This document shows, piece by piece, positions 1 through 11,670 of a stretch of 64,000 nt of DNA. The DNA is taken from assembly GCA_002269645.1 (NCBI GenBank), contig NIVC01002336.1:1-64000 (forward strand), in the 5' to 3' direction. The DNA comes from Macrostomum lignano (taxonomy: Eukaryota). Both the position numbers and the translations under genes were made by a program. Within the stretch, counting starts at the first letter, position 1; the number at the start of each line of letters is the position of its first letter. A model generated the notes under the pieces. It searched no databases, had not been told where the DNA came from, and was given only the letters and a program-made list of their open reading frames with translations.

Positions 1-681
1 GGTCTTTATCTTTAAAAAATCTACGCCTTTCAACAAATTTCTAGTTTCTAGTTTTGAATAGGCTAGATTGCTATTGCAAAATTTCAAAAAGGACCTGAGG
101 GCTAGATAGAAAGGCTTTATATACTGAATATGGCCCATGTCCTAGACTTTACAACCCTTAAAATAATGTATATTTATCTCTTGACTACTAGGTGTAATAT
201 TCAAATATTCAATTTTAGTTCAATCCTAATCATATAGATAGTCAAGAAATTACTTTATCTGACCTTTAGTTTGGATTCACTTGCCATTGGCAAGAAGTTT
301 ATTTTAAGTAGCATTTTCTTTGCTGTTCTGCATCATAAAAATAATCATAAAATGAAGCAACAAATTAATGCAAAAGCCAAAATCAAATATTTTCACAAAA
401 GTATTGAAGTTATAAATGCTAGTCTTTTCAGTGAGTTTTGTTAGCAAATGGAACTGCAAAAATGAAATTTGAAAAAAATATCAATTTTAAACAGCCAATG
501 TTGTTTTGAAAATGCTTAATTTAATGATTTTCATTTTTATGTCAAGACTTCCAATGGTTTAACTGCTAAATCAAACCCTCGCCTAGTTAGCCATTATAAA
601 GTTGTTGCAGTCAGTTGCCAGCTACTGAAAGCAAGTAAATAATAGATAAGCAAACAGCCAATTGCAGACATGAATTAACAA

Positions 682-970
682 TCAAATGCTATTTGCATGC
701 TTGATAATCCAGCCAATCAGGTTGCGCCGCAGAGCGCCATAGCTCAACCGGCGGCAGGCCCGTTCGCATAGAGTTTTGGCGCGTAGTTCATCTCCGCTGG
801 CGCCCACAATTGCACGCAGGGCACGCGCTGTACATCGTGCGACTCAGACTGGCTTGGCCTGGCATTGCTCACTGTGTCAATAGCGCTAAATCTGAGAGCG
901 GCCGGCGCCTTGTAGCCGTGTGCGCGCAGTGGCTTAGCGGCCAAGCTGACAGCTCTTCGAACAGCGGCAC
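682..970 (-). CDS. Terminal exon of a thioredoxin-fold (TXNDC11/PDI-like) gene; needs two 1-nt frameshift corrections
   Basis: Acceptor ttctaag|GTG at 971/970. Reads VPLFEEL, shifts near 949 to SLAAKPL...LRFSAIDTVSN...HDVQRVPCVQLWAPAEMNYAPKLY, shifts near 755 to RLSYGALRRNLIGWIIKHANSI* (TGA 684-682). This follows the Trx-fold pattern (P.FEEL after CxxC; ID..N; V..VP; NL..FI.KH) as I recall it for PDI and TXNDC11 C-terminal domains. Confidence 0.6.
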
Positions 971-1112
971 CTTAGAAGCATTTTATTTCTGTTTTAGTTT
1001 TTGGCTGCTGCATGCACAGGCTCTCTCACGAACACGAGGTTCGGTTATGTTAGAAAAATCATCACTTCATATATCTGACTGTGCGTTAACCTTCATTGCA
1101 TACCACTTAGAT

Positions 1113-1262
1113 CAGGGGTTGGCAAGCTTTTTTAACGTAAGGGCCAGAGAAAAAAAAAGAGGGAGAGAGAAGAGAGGGAAGATGAGAGAGGAGAGGAGAA
1201 AAAGAAGACAGCTGAAAAAAGTCATGAGACTTGAGCGGGCTATATTGCTATTGTGAAGTTTT
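1113..1262 (+). mobile_element. End of a hAT-type MITE (TIR CAGGGGTTGGCAA), truncated
   Basis: CAGGGGTTGGCAA..TTT..AGGGCCAGA, a GA-rich core, then GAAGACAGCTGAAAA..GAGCGGGC..ATTGTGAAGTTT. Clearly homologous to the minus-strand copy at 12817-15123. Confidence 0.6.
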
Positions 1263-1269
1263 ACAATTG

Positions 1270-2520
1270 TTACACGCCTCCGAGCACACACCTCCATGAC
1301 ACGCTCCGACAGCACAACACCTCCATGACATGCCTCCACAGCGCATCTACCTCCATGACACGCCTCCCAGCGCATCTACCTCCATGACACGCCTCCCACA
1401 GCGCATCTACCTCCATGACACGCCTCCGACAGCACAACACCTCCATGATGACACGCCTCCGACAGCACAACACCTCCATGACACGCCTCCGACAGCACAA
1501 CACCTTGACACGCCTCCGACAGCACAACACCTCCATGACACGCCTCCGACAGCACAACACCTCCATGACACGCCTCCGACAGCACAACACCTTGACACGC
1601 CTCCGACAGCACAACACCTCCATGACACGCCTCCGACAGCACAACACCTTGACACGCCTCCGACAGCACAACACCTCCATGACACGCCTCCGACAGCACA
1701 ACACCTCCATGATGACACGCCTCCGACAGCACACAACCTCCATGACACGCCTCCGACAGCACAACACCTTGACACGCCTCCGACAGCACAACACCTCCAT
1801 GACACGCCTCCGACAGCACAACACCTCCATGACACGCCTCCGACAGCACAACACCTCCATGACACGCCTCCGACAGCACAACACCTTGACACGCCTCCGA
1901 CAGCACACAACCTCCATGACACGCCTCCGACAGCACAACACCTTGACACGCCTCCGACAGCACAACACCTCCATGACACGCCTCCGACAGCACAACACCT
2001 CCATGATGACGCCTCCGACAGCACACAACCTCCATGACACGCCTCCGACAGCACAACACCTTGACACGCCTCCGACAGCACAACACCTCCATGACACGCC
2101 TCCGACAGCACAACACCTCCATGACACGCCTCCGACAGCACAACACCTCCATGACGCCTCCGACAGCACAACACCTCCATGACACGCCTCCGACAGCGCA
2201 TCTACCTCCATGACACGCCTCCACAGCACACACACCTCCATGACACGCCTCCGACAGCACAACACCTTGACACGCCTCCGACAGCACACAACCTCCATGA
2301 CACGCCTCCGATAGCACAACACCATGACACGCCTCCGACAGCACATTTACCTCCATGACACGCCTCCAACAGCACAACACCTCCATGACACGCCTCCAAC
2401 AGCACAACACCTCCATGACACGCCTCCAACAGCACATCTACCTCAATGACACGCCTCCAACAGCACAACACCTCCATGACACGCCTCCAACAGCACAACA
2501 CCTCCATGACACCCTCCGAC
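1270..2520. repeat. Minisatellite, 30-bp unit GACACGCCTCCGACAGCACAACACCTCCAT with length variants
   Basis: Direct reading; explains the repetitive ORFs at 1270-2700. Confidence 0.97.
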
Positions 2521-2552
2521 AGTACATCAGATACGTATTTAGAGACACTCAC

Positions 2553-2739
2553 CAGCTTCTCCTGGCAGGTGACGCACAGCCTTGAACTGTAGAGCACAAC
2601 CTGCACAGCTGCGCTTTTGTGTTTGAAATGAGCCATGTAAGGCGAGCTGACCCATGCCAGGCTGCTGCGGCTCATGACGCCGGGATTAACGACTAATCCG
2701 TCCGTGCTCAATACCCTTTATTGCTTCTGTCGCTGGTTC
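2553..2739 (-). CDS. Internal exon of the same thioredoxin-fold gene, carrying a CxxC motif (CVTC)
   Basis: Acceptor aatctcag|GA at 2740/2739 and strong donor CTG|gtgagt at 2553/2552. Reads GTSDRSNKG(+1 G)VLSTDGLVVNPG...VQVVLYSSRLCVTCQEKL and joins the 970 exon in phase 0 to give CVTCQEKLVPLFEEL. One G is missing from a GGG run near 2715. Confidence 0.6.
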
Positions 2740-3381
2740 CTGAGATTCCGTACATAATTAGAAGTAAGCTATCTATTAAAAAATTTCCTTAAAAGGTTGA
2801 ATCGTCTCATTACCATAGACATCGGATGTGTTGGATTCCTTGTATGTTTTCAAGGCTGGGGGAAGAAATAATGTAATGAGTTTTAATTGAGTCTGTTATT
2901 TTTGTTTTGCATAAGTTTAGAGTACTTTCAGTATAACTGTCGACTATTTAGGCTCCTGGATCCATGTTTAGGCTCGAGTCAGTTTTGAGTTTCAACTTGG
3001 GGAATTTCGAGGAAAGATCCCTTTTGAAATTATATACCATTATATTTTAGATTGCATATGATACCAGTATTTGAGTATTGTGTTTAAGATTATATACTTC
3101 TCATTTGAGAACTAAGACGACTTAAGGTCTTTTTTATTGCTAGTAAATCTTGATTATTGAATATTTTGACTATTTGAATTGATTTTGTCTACTAGCAGTA
3201 GTCTGACACGGCTTGAAATGCAATTAGCAACTGCTCCATCGAGCAGTTTTGGTGATGCTAAAAAATCCCGTCTCCTATGGACCATGACCTTAATTGGTCG
3301 TATGGCCTAATAACGTGATAACGTCAAGCATGTGGAACTGTGGAAGATTAGCTCGCTTAATAAATGATACAAGGAGGAACA

Positions 3382-3450
3382 CCAAAACAAGCATGTTTAA
3401 AGCCAACGCGTTTCGACGCAAACCGTCATCTTCTGGGCATGCCACAATCA
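3382..3450 (-). repeat. Penelope-like pLTR remnant with a degenerate hammerhead motif (core CAGAAGA)
   Basis: Inverted copy of 3871-3939 (about 69 bp, few mismatches). Minus strand reads gccCAGAAGAtGACGgtttgCGTCGAAACGCGTTggc. Confidence 0.55.
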
Positions 3451-3870
3451 TCACGAAAAACAAATTTATAAACAGACTTATGTCGGTTGTGTCTATTCCT
3501 CTCAAGGCAGGTGTTTTCTATCAATTCCGTTGCTTTGTTGATCAGTTTCCTACATAGGAGAAACTAAGCGACACCTGCACACAAGAGCAAGAGAACACTG
3601 GCTAAAGAGTTCGTCTCGTCTATTCAAGATTACTTGTTTGGTTGCGTTGCGTGTCGTGACAACGATCCGATACAGCTGTTAAATGGTTGCAAAAACGATT
3701 TCAAACTAATAATGATTAAAGCTTTGCAAATAAAATTACACAAGCCTTAGTTTGAATGTGCAGCTTGCTAGCCGTAGTGGAACACCCAACTCAGAGTGCT
3801 GTGAGTTGACAGGGTGACTATCCCTCTAGTGTTCGCTTATTTATCGACCGGCCTTAAATGAAATCAGTCT

Positions 3871-3939
3871 TGACTGTGGCATGCCCTGAAGATGACAGAT
3901 TGCATCGAAACGCGTTGGCTTTAAACATGCTTGTTTTGG
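3871..3939 (+). ncRNA. Candidate minimal type I hammerhead ribozyme motif (Penelope-like element remnant)
   Basis: gcc-CTGAAGA (3886-3892)-t-GA..TC-GAAA (3907-3910)-CGCG-T-T-ggc. It has a 3-bp stem I and the palindromic stem III AACGCGTT; stem II is degenerate. Confidence 0.45.
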
Positions 3940-4033
3940 CGTGCCTTTTTATATTAAGCATGTGTCCAGCAGTTTTTTAAGCGGAATCGCTCAACCGGCA
4001 AACACCATTCATGCTACGCCAAATTTAGTTGCC

Positions 4034-4779
4034 ATGCGACGCGGACGCGGTGTTGGCGTTGGCGGCGCTCAGCGGCACGCGGCCGCGGCCGATCGATTCA
4101 AAAGCAAAGGCGGCCAACTGGCCGACCAGGAGCTGGCGCAGGTCAGCGCCCAGGTTGGCGCGTTCCGGCAACACCTGGAGGAGTTCGCCAGGAAGCACGC
4201 CGACAAGATTCGACGCAATCAGCAGTTCCGGGCGCAGTTCCAGCAGATGTGCGCCGCTATTGGCGTCGATCCGCTGCAATCCGGCAAAGGCTTCTGGTCC
4301 GACATGCTCGGGTTGGCGGCTTCTATTTCGAGCTTGGCGTCAAGATTATCGAGGTTACCATGGCAACTAGCCACAAGCACGGCGGTCTGATGGACGTTAG
4401 CGATTTATTGAAAGCGCTCAATGCTGGACGAGGCGCCGGAGATCCGGTCTCCGAGGACGACATTGTTCGCGCCGTGGATAAGCTCCGTTGCCTAGGCAAC
4501 GGATTCACTCTGGTAACGCTTGGCAACCGGCGATTGGTGCAATCGGTGCCTGGCGAGCTCAGCCTCGATGCCAACTCGGTGATGCGCCTTGCCGACGGCA
4601 ATGGCGGCCGAGTGACGGCGTCAGCTTGTCGGACAGCCCTGGCCTGGGCGCCGGAGCGAGTCGACCGCGTGCTCGACCAGCTGGTGCGCGAAGCTTTCGC
4701 CTGGGTTGACGACGGCGAGCCGAGCGGCGAAAGGGCGTTCTGGTTCCCCAGTCTGGTGCCCGCGCTACTGGCTGCCTAG
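4034..4779 (+). CDS. SNF8: ESCRT-II subunit SNF8/Vps22/EAP30, intronless, with a 1-nt frameshift at 4310-4312
   Basis: MRRGRGVGVG...LEEFARKH...FRAQFQQMCAAIGVDPLQSGKGFWSDMLG then VGGFYFELGVKIIEV...GGL...DDIVRAVDKL..LGNGF...LVQSVPGEL...AWVD...FWFPSL*. Matches SNF8 family motifs. Restoring one G gives 248 aa. Confidence 0.95.
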
Positions 4780-4814
4780 GGGGGTGATCGAACTGTGTGC
4801 TGAGTTCTGTACCG

Positions 4815-5490
4815 TTCTATGAGCGACTGTTTGCGATCCTATGAGCGATTATTTGCCATTCTTTGAGCGATTGTTTACCGTTCTATGAGCGACTGTTTGC
4901 GATCCTATGAGCGATTATTTGCCATTCTATGAGCGATTATTTGCCATTCTTTGAGCGATTGTTTACCGTTCTATGAGCGACTGTTTGCGATCCTATGAGC
5001 GATTATTTGCCATTCTATGAGCGATTATTTGCCATTCTTTGAGCGATTGTTTACCGTTCTATGAGCGACTGTTTGCGATCCTATGAGCGATTATTTGCCA
5101 TTCTATGAGAGACTGTTTGCCATCCTATGACCGATTGTTTACCATTCTATGAGCGATCGTTTGCCATTCTATGAGCTATTAGTTGCCATCCTATAAGCGA
5201 TTGTTTGCCATTCTATGAGCCATTATTTACCATTCTATGAGCCATTATTTACCATTCTATGAGCGATCGTTTGCCATTCTATGAGCTATTAGTTGCCATC
5301 CTATAAGCGATTGTTTGCCATTCTATGAGCCATTATTTACCATTCTATGAGCGATCGTTTGCCATTCTATGAGCTACTGTTTGCCATCCTATGAGCTATT
5401 AGTTGCCATCCTATTATCAACTGTAAGTTAGCCATTCTATGAGCGACAGTTTACAGTTTTATGAGCGACTGTTTATCGTTCTATGAGCGA
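4815..5490. repeat. Minisatellite, about 22-bp unit GAGCGATTATTTGCCATTCTAT, immediately 3' of SNF8
   Basis: Direct reading. Confidence 0.95.
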
Positions 5491-5957
5491 CTGTGGGCAC
5501 TCTATCGGAACTTGAGATTGACTGTTGCTTTAACAAGTGTACATTGGCTATACCTTGTTACTTATTTATTGCATTGCTTACAAATGAAATCTGAATGAAC
5601 AATAAATTACTTCTGTAGTGTTACCGTGTTACCGTATATGATTGTTTTTTCTTTCAAAACGTCTATGAATAAATAAATTGATATATAAATGTGTAAAGAT
5701 TCGCGTCTAGTACTTCTCTTTTAAACTAGACAAGATTTCTAATTATATCCAATAAATTTCATTTCAAATGAACTGGCTCTTATCCTCAAGATACTACTGT
5801 TCTCGTTTGCTTTCTTTAAAAAGGCACACGTTTGCTGCCACTGTGCTCAAATAGACAGAAATTTAAATAATTTACTTGTTTCATCGTGTTGAAGGTCTCG
5901 AAGATCCGTCATGCTGGTAACTATCAAGCTGAATGCATTTTTTACCTAGCATTTTAC

Positions 5958-6089
5958 CTAGACTCTGGACCAACCCTCTCGGTTTAACGCCTATGCTCTC
6001 AAATACTTTGGCTTCCCCCAGACGATGGGAATTTATCTGGGAAACAATGTTAAGTTTTGAAAATGTATCGAAGTTCATGTAAAGCATGG
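5958..6089 (-). CDS. Candidate upstream exon of the thioredoxin-fold gene
   Basis: Acceptor taatag|CC, donor CTAG|gtaaaa, open frame AMLYMNFDTFSKLNIVSQINSHRLGEAKVFESIGVKPRGLVQSLG. The phase-1 end matches the phase-1 start of the 2739 exon. No recognisable motif. Confidence 0.3.
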
Positions 6090-8874
6090 CTATTAAATAG
6101 TTTCTATGCGAATAAGCATTGCGTGCAGATGTGAAACAAATTTAGAAATTTTGGTCAACAAAATATTATATTATTAATACACAATAGAACAACTGGCCTC
6201 GGAGCTTTTCTAGCTAATGTAACATTATTTTTCAAAATATGATTGATTCCTTTGCGTGAGTAATTGATTCATTTCTATTATTAATATACTGTACATGACC
6301 TGTTAAGACTGTATAGGATACACAAATGGTGCGCATGTTTGTCTGGGCAGCAACACAAGCGCGCCCAAAAAGGGCTACTTTAACTTTGAACAGTTGGAAT
6401 TATTTTTGTTATAACACGTCTGGGTAGTCTAATTGATTGTGCAACAATGCCCAGTCAAATATTATAATGTCGGTCTGGGGCGATGCGCCATGACGTTACT
6501 TTTAACTAACAAAACACTAAAAAAGAATAAAAAGATATTAAAGTCTTAATAATTCTGTGGTATACGAGCTACGTGTTTACTCTATACTTGTTGGGTGTAA
6601 TTTCCGATAATTGATATGATTTCTTGTGCAAAGTTGGCGCTGGCTCCGTTCTAGCGTCTGTATCAATAAAAATCCAAGCCTAACCCCCAACCACCCCAGC
6701 TCCCCACCACCCAATCCCGGGGCACCAGACTAATTAATAGCCAACCGTCTAATAACCCCCGACCTCCCCAAAGGTCCCAACCACCAGTGAAAAATTTTAC
6801 AAGCCTATCTAATCTAACAAGGCGAAGATAAGTTGGAAACAAAAACAGCGTTATTTTATTTTATACTATTCCACGTACAAATTGTTAGTAAAGAATTTTG
6901 ATATTGTTATTTTCAATCTCTATGACTTTATCTCAGTTTTAACAATTCATATAATTAATGACGGCGGAGTCTAGTATTTAAACAGCGAAAGACGGAGAGA
7001 TCAGCAGAGGATTAAAAAGCGACAGAAAAAGGTAAGTGAGCTACAAAGATTGCCTTAAAGTTTAGTTCGCCATCTGTTTGCTAGTTTTTGCTGCTGTCTT
7101 CTTATCCACAATCTGCTGGGCATTTTTGGATGCTGAATATTCGTTATACTCTGCATCTGTTCCTTCCAACTTATCCCCCAATAATAATATTGTATTGATT
7201 GCTCTCTCGCGCCCAATTATCACCCCTATAGTCTTCGACTTTTGGGAGTCAGTCTGGGAGTCTGGACTCCGCTGGCTGAAGTGATGATGAAGCCCGGGCC
7301 AGATTGGAGAGAAGCAGACTGAAGACGATGATTGAGCACGGCTTGGCCATGCGGCCCTATGCAATGCTGAAGGCATGGATTTTTTGGATATTAGCTTCCA
7401 TATACACATGCAGCACTGGCTGAGTCCAGACAACACCAGTGTCTTAACTTGAGCACAGCCAGGCTTGAGCAGCTAGAAAGAAAAGTAGAGAACAACTTGG
7501 CTCGACTGCCCCTAGAGAGAGAGAGAGAGAAATAGAAGTAAAGCAAGGGGATGATAAGAGGCGGGGATGAGCCGGGCGGAGGAGGCTGGGGATGATGCGG
7601 TGCTGTTGCTCATGCTGTTAGCGCTGGGGCACTTGAGGAGAGAACCGCGCGGCAGACAACTGGCGGCATTCACGGGCTGGCCGGAGCGCTGAGTGGCAGG
7701 AGGGGATGGGCCTGATGGACCGAGGACCATGCAGTCCCCATCCTCTCTGGAGGCGGGGGAGCCCTAATTTTCAACATTATTCGGCGAGCATCTCTTCACC
7801 GAGGCTGGGTGAGGGTCCGCAGCCTCCTCCCCTCCCCCCAATCCCACCGAGCGGCCACTCGACTCCTCTCGGTGCCCAGTAATTTCCAAGCATATACCAG
7901 CGCCAGAAAAACAAGTTTTCACCCATCCCCATCCGCCTGAAGCCGCGGGCCATGCGCCTGTTTAAAATGCTGATTAATTCAGGCGGCGAGTATCCCAGTA
8001 ATTAGCAGAATACTTGATAATAATTGCCTTGATAAGCTCCCGGCTGCGGGCCTAAGCCTCGGCTCCGTTCCTTTCGACTTTCGTCCCGCTCGGCCCACCA
8101 GCCCCACCCTTCGATATCTTCTTGGGCTCGAGCGGGGTTGGCGCCCCGTCACCAGCTTCCGCGGCATCTCTTGGCACCGACCAGCGCGGCTGGACTGGGG
8201 CAACTCGGCCACAGGAGGTCCCTCTGGTATTCCCTCCCCGGACCGGAGGCTGGAGAGGTCTGGATTGGGTCTGAGGGGGGAAGGGCCGAGGGACCACCAA
8301 GTGGAGATTGGAGTTCTGATATTGGTAATTAAGATTGAGGATGGTGCCGAGTCCTCAGGCTGGATTATCGAGTTAGCGAACCGGGGGCCCGGGAGGCTGC
8401 ATTAATTTGTGCTTACTTAAAGCGCAAGTGATTAGTGCTCATTTTCACTGTAGAATTGTGTTAGGCCCGCTCCGCCCGCTCCATTCTCTCTGCTGATTAG
8501 GTGCTTAAGATTTGCCTCCCGAGATTAAGATACAACTAACCGCTGGGGCCCTGGCTGATTGCAAACCATTCTAATTATCTATTTTGCATATAAGATGAGC
8601 TCTTGATTAGGGCCTCATCAGGGGCCGGCCCTCCCGCTCTCAGCCTCCCTCCCTCCCGCTCCTCCCTCATAATATTTATCCTGGCCCTCCCCTGAGCAGC
8701 AGCGGCCCGCAGCCTCCTCTCGCAATTCGCAGACCGCGCCGTGTCTTCATCAGACTTATTCTCTTTGCCTTCTCGGCTGCTCAGCGAGGCCCCCCCCCAT
8801 AAGAAATTTTTCTGTTCCTGCTCAAATAAACTGCCCGCACCCGCGCCATCGCACAGCTGCAGCCGGCCAGCAGC

Positions 8875-9767
8875 ATGTCGACAGATTTCAACAGATTAAT
8901 TGGCGCCAAAATCCGCGCCAGCAGTGGCGCCAGCCTCCAGGTGCTGCTCCTCCTGGCTGGTCAGACCGAAGTCAACGATGATAACAAAATTGGCGCAGAC
9001 TCCACTGACGCCGTGACTGATGAAGAGTCCGAGCTGCTGCTGGCCGAGTCTGCAACAGATTCTGTGCTCCTGTGCCTGGCCGAGCAGTGCGGAGTTCGAG
9101 CCTTCCTGCTGCGCGAGCGATCCAGTAGCGGTGCAGCCGCTGATCCGCTGACGTCGCTGGCCGAATGTCGTCAGGCCGCCGAGACCCGCCTCCACAGAGC
9201 CCTCGGTCGCTCGGTCGCAGTCGATTACTGCCGACTGTCCGCCGCCTCGCCAACTGAAGAGCCGCCGCTGCTTGTCTGTCTCGCCTGCAGGCGGCGGCTG
9301 GCCAGGGCGGACGAGCTGACCGGACACTGCACGGGGCACAGTCTGGCGGCGCCGGACGAACCGTTTGGCGCCGGAGTGGCTGGCGTCATCGCTGACTGGG
9401 GCGGGCGCGGACTCCGCCTGCGGCTGTTCGAGGACCGCCCGTGGCACAGCGGCAGCCGCAGCGAACAGGACCAGGAAGCCGCGAATGGCTCGGACGAGGA
9501 GAATAACAAAGGCGACGAGGCGGAGACCGAGGAAAGAGCTGCTGATGCGGCCAACCCCGAGTCTGCTGACGAGTCCGCGGATGAACCTGATGAAGCTGCA
9601 GCATCCATGCCGCCTGTCCAGCTGCCGTCTCTGCCGCTGCCACCGCTGCCGCCGCCTCATCCGCCGCCCTCCTTTGCCGGCCTCTTGTCCGCCTTTCCCT
9701 GGACAGCCTTCCTGCCGCCGCCGCTGGGGCCGCCACCGCCGATGCCGCATCTGCCAGCCGACTCGCA

Positions 9768-9802
<35 letters not shown>

Positions 9803-10887
9803 GCAGCGGCCAGGCACGCCACTTGAACAAGCACATCAAGTGTCCGAAATGCAACTGGCACTACAAGTACCAGGAGACTCTGGAGATTCACCTCAAAGAG
9901 AAGCACCCGGAAACCGGCTCGGGCGATCCTGGCGGTCAGGGCCGATGCGATGCCTGCCACTACTGCCTGACTAACCAGAGCCATCCGCGGCTAGCCCGCG
10001 GCGAGACCTACAACTGCGGCTACAAGCCCTACCGCTGCGAGGTGTGCAACTACAGCACCACCACCAAGGGCAACCTGGCCATCCACATGCAGTCCGATAA
10101 GCACTGCAACAACGTGCACGATCTGCAGCGCGCCGCCGGCGTCATTGCCGGCTCTGGCGGAAACGGCGGCGCCTCCGCTTTGTCAGGCCTCGCTCCGGCG
10201 TCGACTTCGGCCTCGGGCGCTGCTCGATCGGCGATACACCCGAAGCCGGGCGGCAGCGGGCGGCACCATCAGCAGCAGCAGGCCCAACAGCACAGACAGC
10301 CGCATCAGCCTCGGTCAGCCGGTGCTCGATCCGCCAACGATCCGTCGCACCTGTTCACCTGCCAGGTGTGCGACAGCTTCCACACCGACTCGCTGCCGGA
10401 GCTTCACGCGCACTCCGTGGAGCCACGACTTGAGCCCAGCTCGGAGGCCACAGGCTACGCCGCAGGCTACTGGCAGTGCGCGCTATGCGACTATCGCTCC
10501 AATCTGAAGGCGAATTTTCACCTCCACTGCAAGACTGATAAGCACATGCAGCGGCTGCAGCTGCTCAACCACCTGCGGCTGGGCGCCGGCGGCGATGCCA
10601 ACGGCGGCACCTCCCGGCTGTCCACTGCAACCAGTGGCAACCCTGTGCAGTTGCGCTGCAATGCCTGCGGCTACGTGGCGGCCTCGCTGCACAAAATGCA
10701 GCTGCACCTGGCACTCCCCAGTCACCAGCTGAATGCCTACCTGCTACTGCACCTCTGCAGCGAGGAGCGGAGGCTCACTAGCGGCCCCGGCTGCTGTCGC
10801 TATCGCTGCCAGCTGTGCAGCTGCGTCTGCCAGACTAAGGCGGAACTGCTGCGGCACTTCCAACAGCCTGGCCACAAGCTGAGAGAG
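8875..10887 (+). CDS. ZFHX: ZFHX coding exon 1 (N-terminal C2H2 zinc-finger cluster)
   Basis: KCPKCNWHYKYQETLEIHLKEKHP, HPRLARGETYNCGYKPYRCEVCNYSTTTKGNLAIHMQSDKH and LKANFHLHCKTDKH are ZFHX signatures. Donor GAG|gtgagc at 10888. The start ATG is uncertain; there is a possible acceptor at 8856. Confidence 0.93.
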
Positions 10888-10919
10888 GTGAGCAAGACGC
10901 AGGTGCTGGTATTGCTGGG

Positions 10920-11560
10920 GTCTCCGTCTCTCTCCCGCCTCTCTCCTCCGCCTCTCCCCCGCCTCTCTCCCACCTCTCCCCCACCTCTCTCCTCTGCCTC
11001 TCTCTTCTGCCTCTCCCGCTTCTCTCCTGCCTCTCTCGCCTCTCTCCCCCACCTCTCCCCGCCTCTCCCCCACCTCTCCCCCACCTCTCCCCGCCTCTCT
11101 CCCGCCTCTCTATCCCGCCTCTCCCGCCTCTCTCGCCTCTCTCCCGCCTCTCCCGCCTCTCTCCCGCCTCTCCCGCCTCTCTCCCGCCTCTCTCTTCTGC
11201 CTCCCCCGCCTCTCCCCCACCTCTCCCGCCTCTTTCCTCTGCCTCTCCCACTTCTCCCCCACCTCTCTCCAGCCTCTCTCTTCTGCCTCCCCCGCCTCTC
11301 CCCCACCTCTCTCCCGCCTCTCCCCCACCTCTCTCCCGCCTCTCTCTCCCGCCTCTCTCCCGCCTCTCTCTCCCGCCTCTCTCTTCTGCCTCCCCCGCCT
11401 CCCCCCACCTCTCTCCGCCTCTCCCCCACCTCTCTCCCGCCTCTCTCTCTCCTCTGCTCTCCCCCGCCTTTCTCCCGCCTGTCTCCTTCTCCTCTGTCTC
11501 TCTCCCACCTCTCTCCGCCTTTCTCCCTCCCTCCTCCGTCTCTCTCACCCGCCTCTCCGA
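10920..11560. repeat. CT-rich low-complexity repeat (CCGCCTCTCT-like units)
   Basis: Direct reading. It extends the 899-aa ORF artefactually beyond the 10888 donor. Confidence 0.93.
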
Positions 11561-11670
11561 AAAGGGATGTATAGGATAATATTACATCAATGGAAGCTAT
11601 TCCGTCTCTAAATTTTCTATTAAGTAGTGAGCTTCTTTATTGCTCAGTTTTTTCGGCCAAATCTCGAACA

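Noticed and set aside
7062-7436. 124-aa minus-strand ORF as an independent gene
   Set aside because: No recognisable domain and it starts at TTG; the overlapping signal-peptide-like frame is interrupted by stops, so it is noted only as a possible first exon of the Trx gene.
10888-11574. C-terminal 228 aa of the 899-aa ORF as real protein
   Set aside because: It follows a consensus donor at 10888 and is CT-repeat translation; family homology resumes in the exon at 16224.
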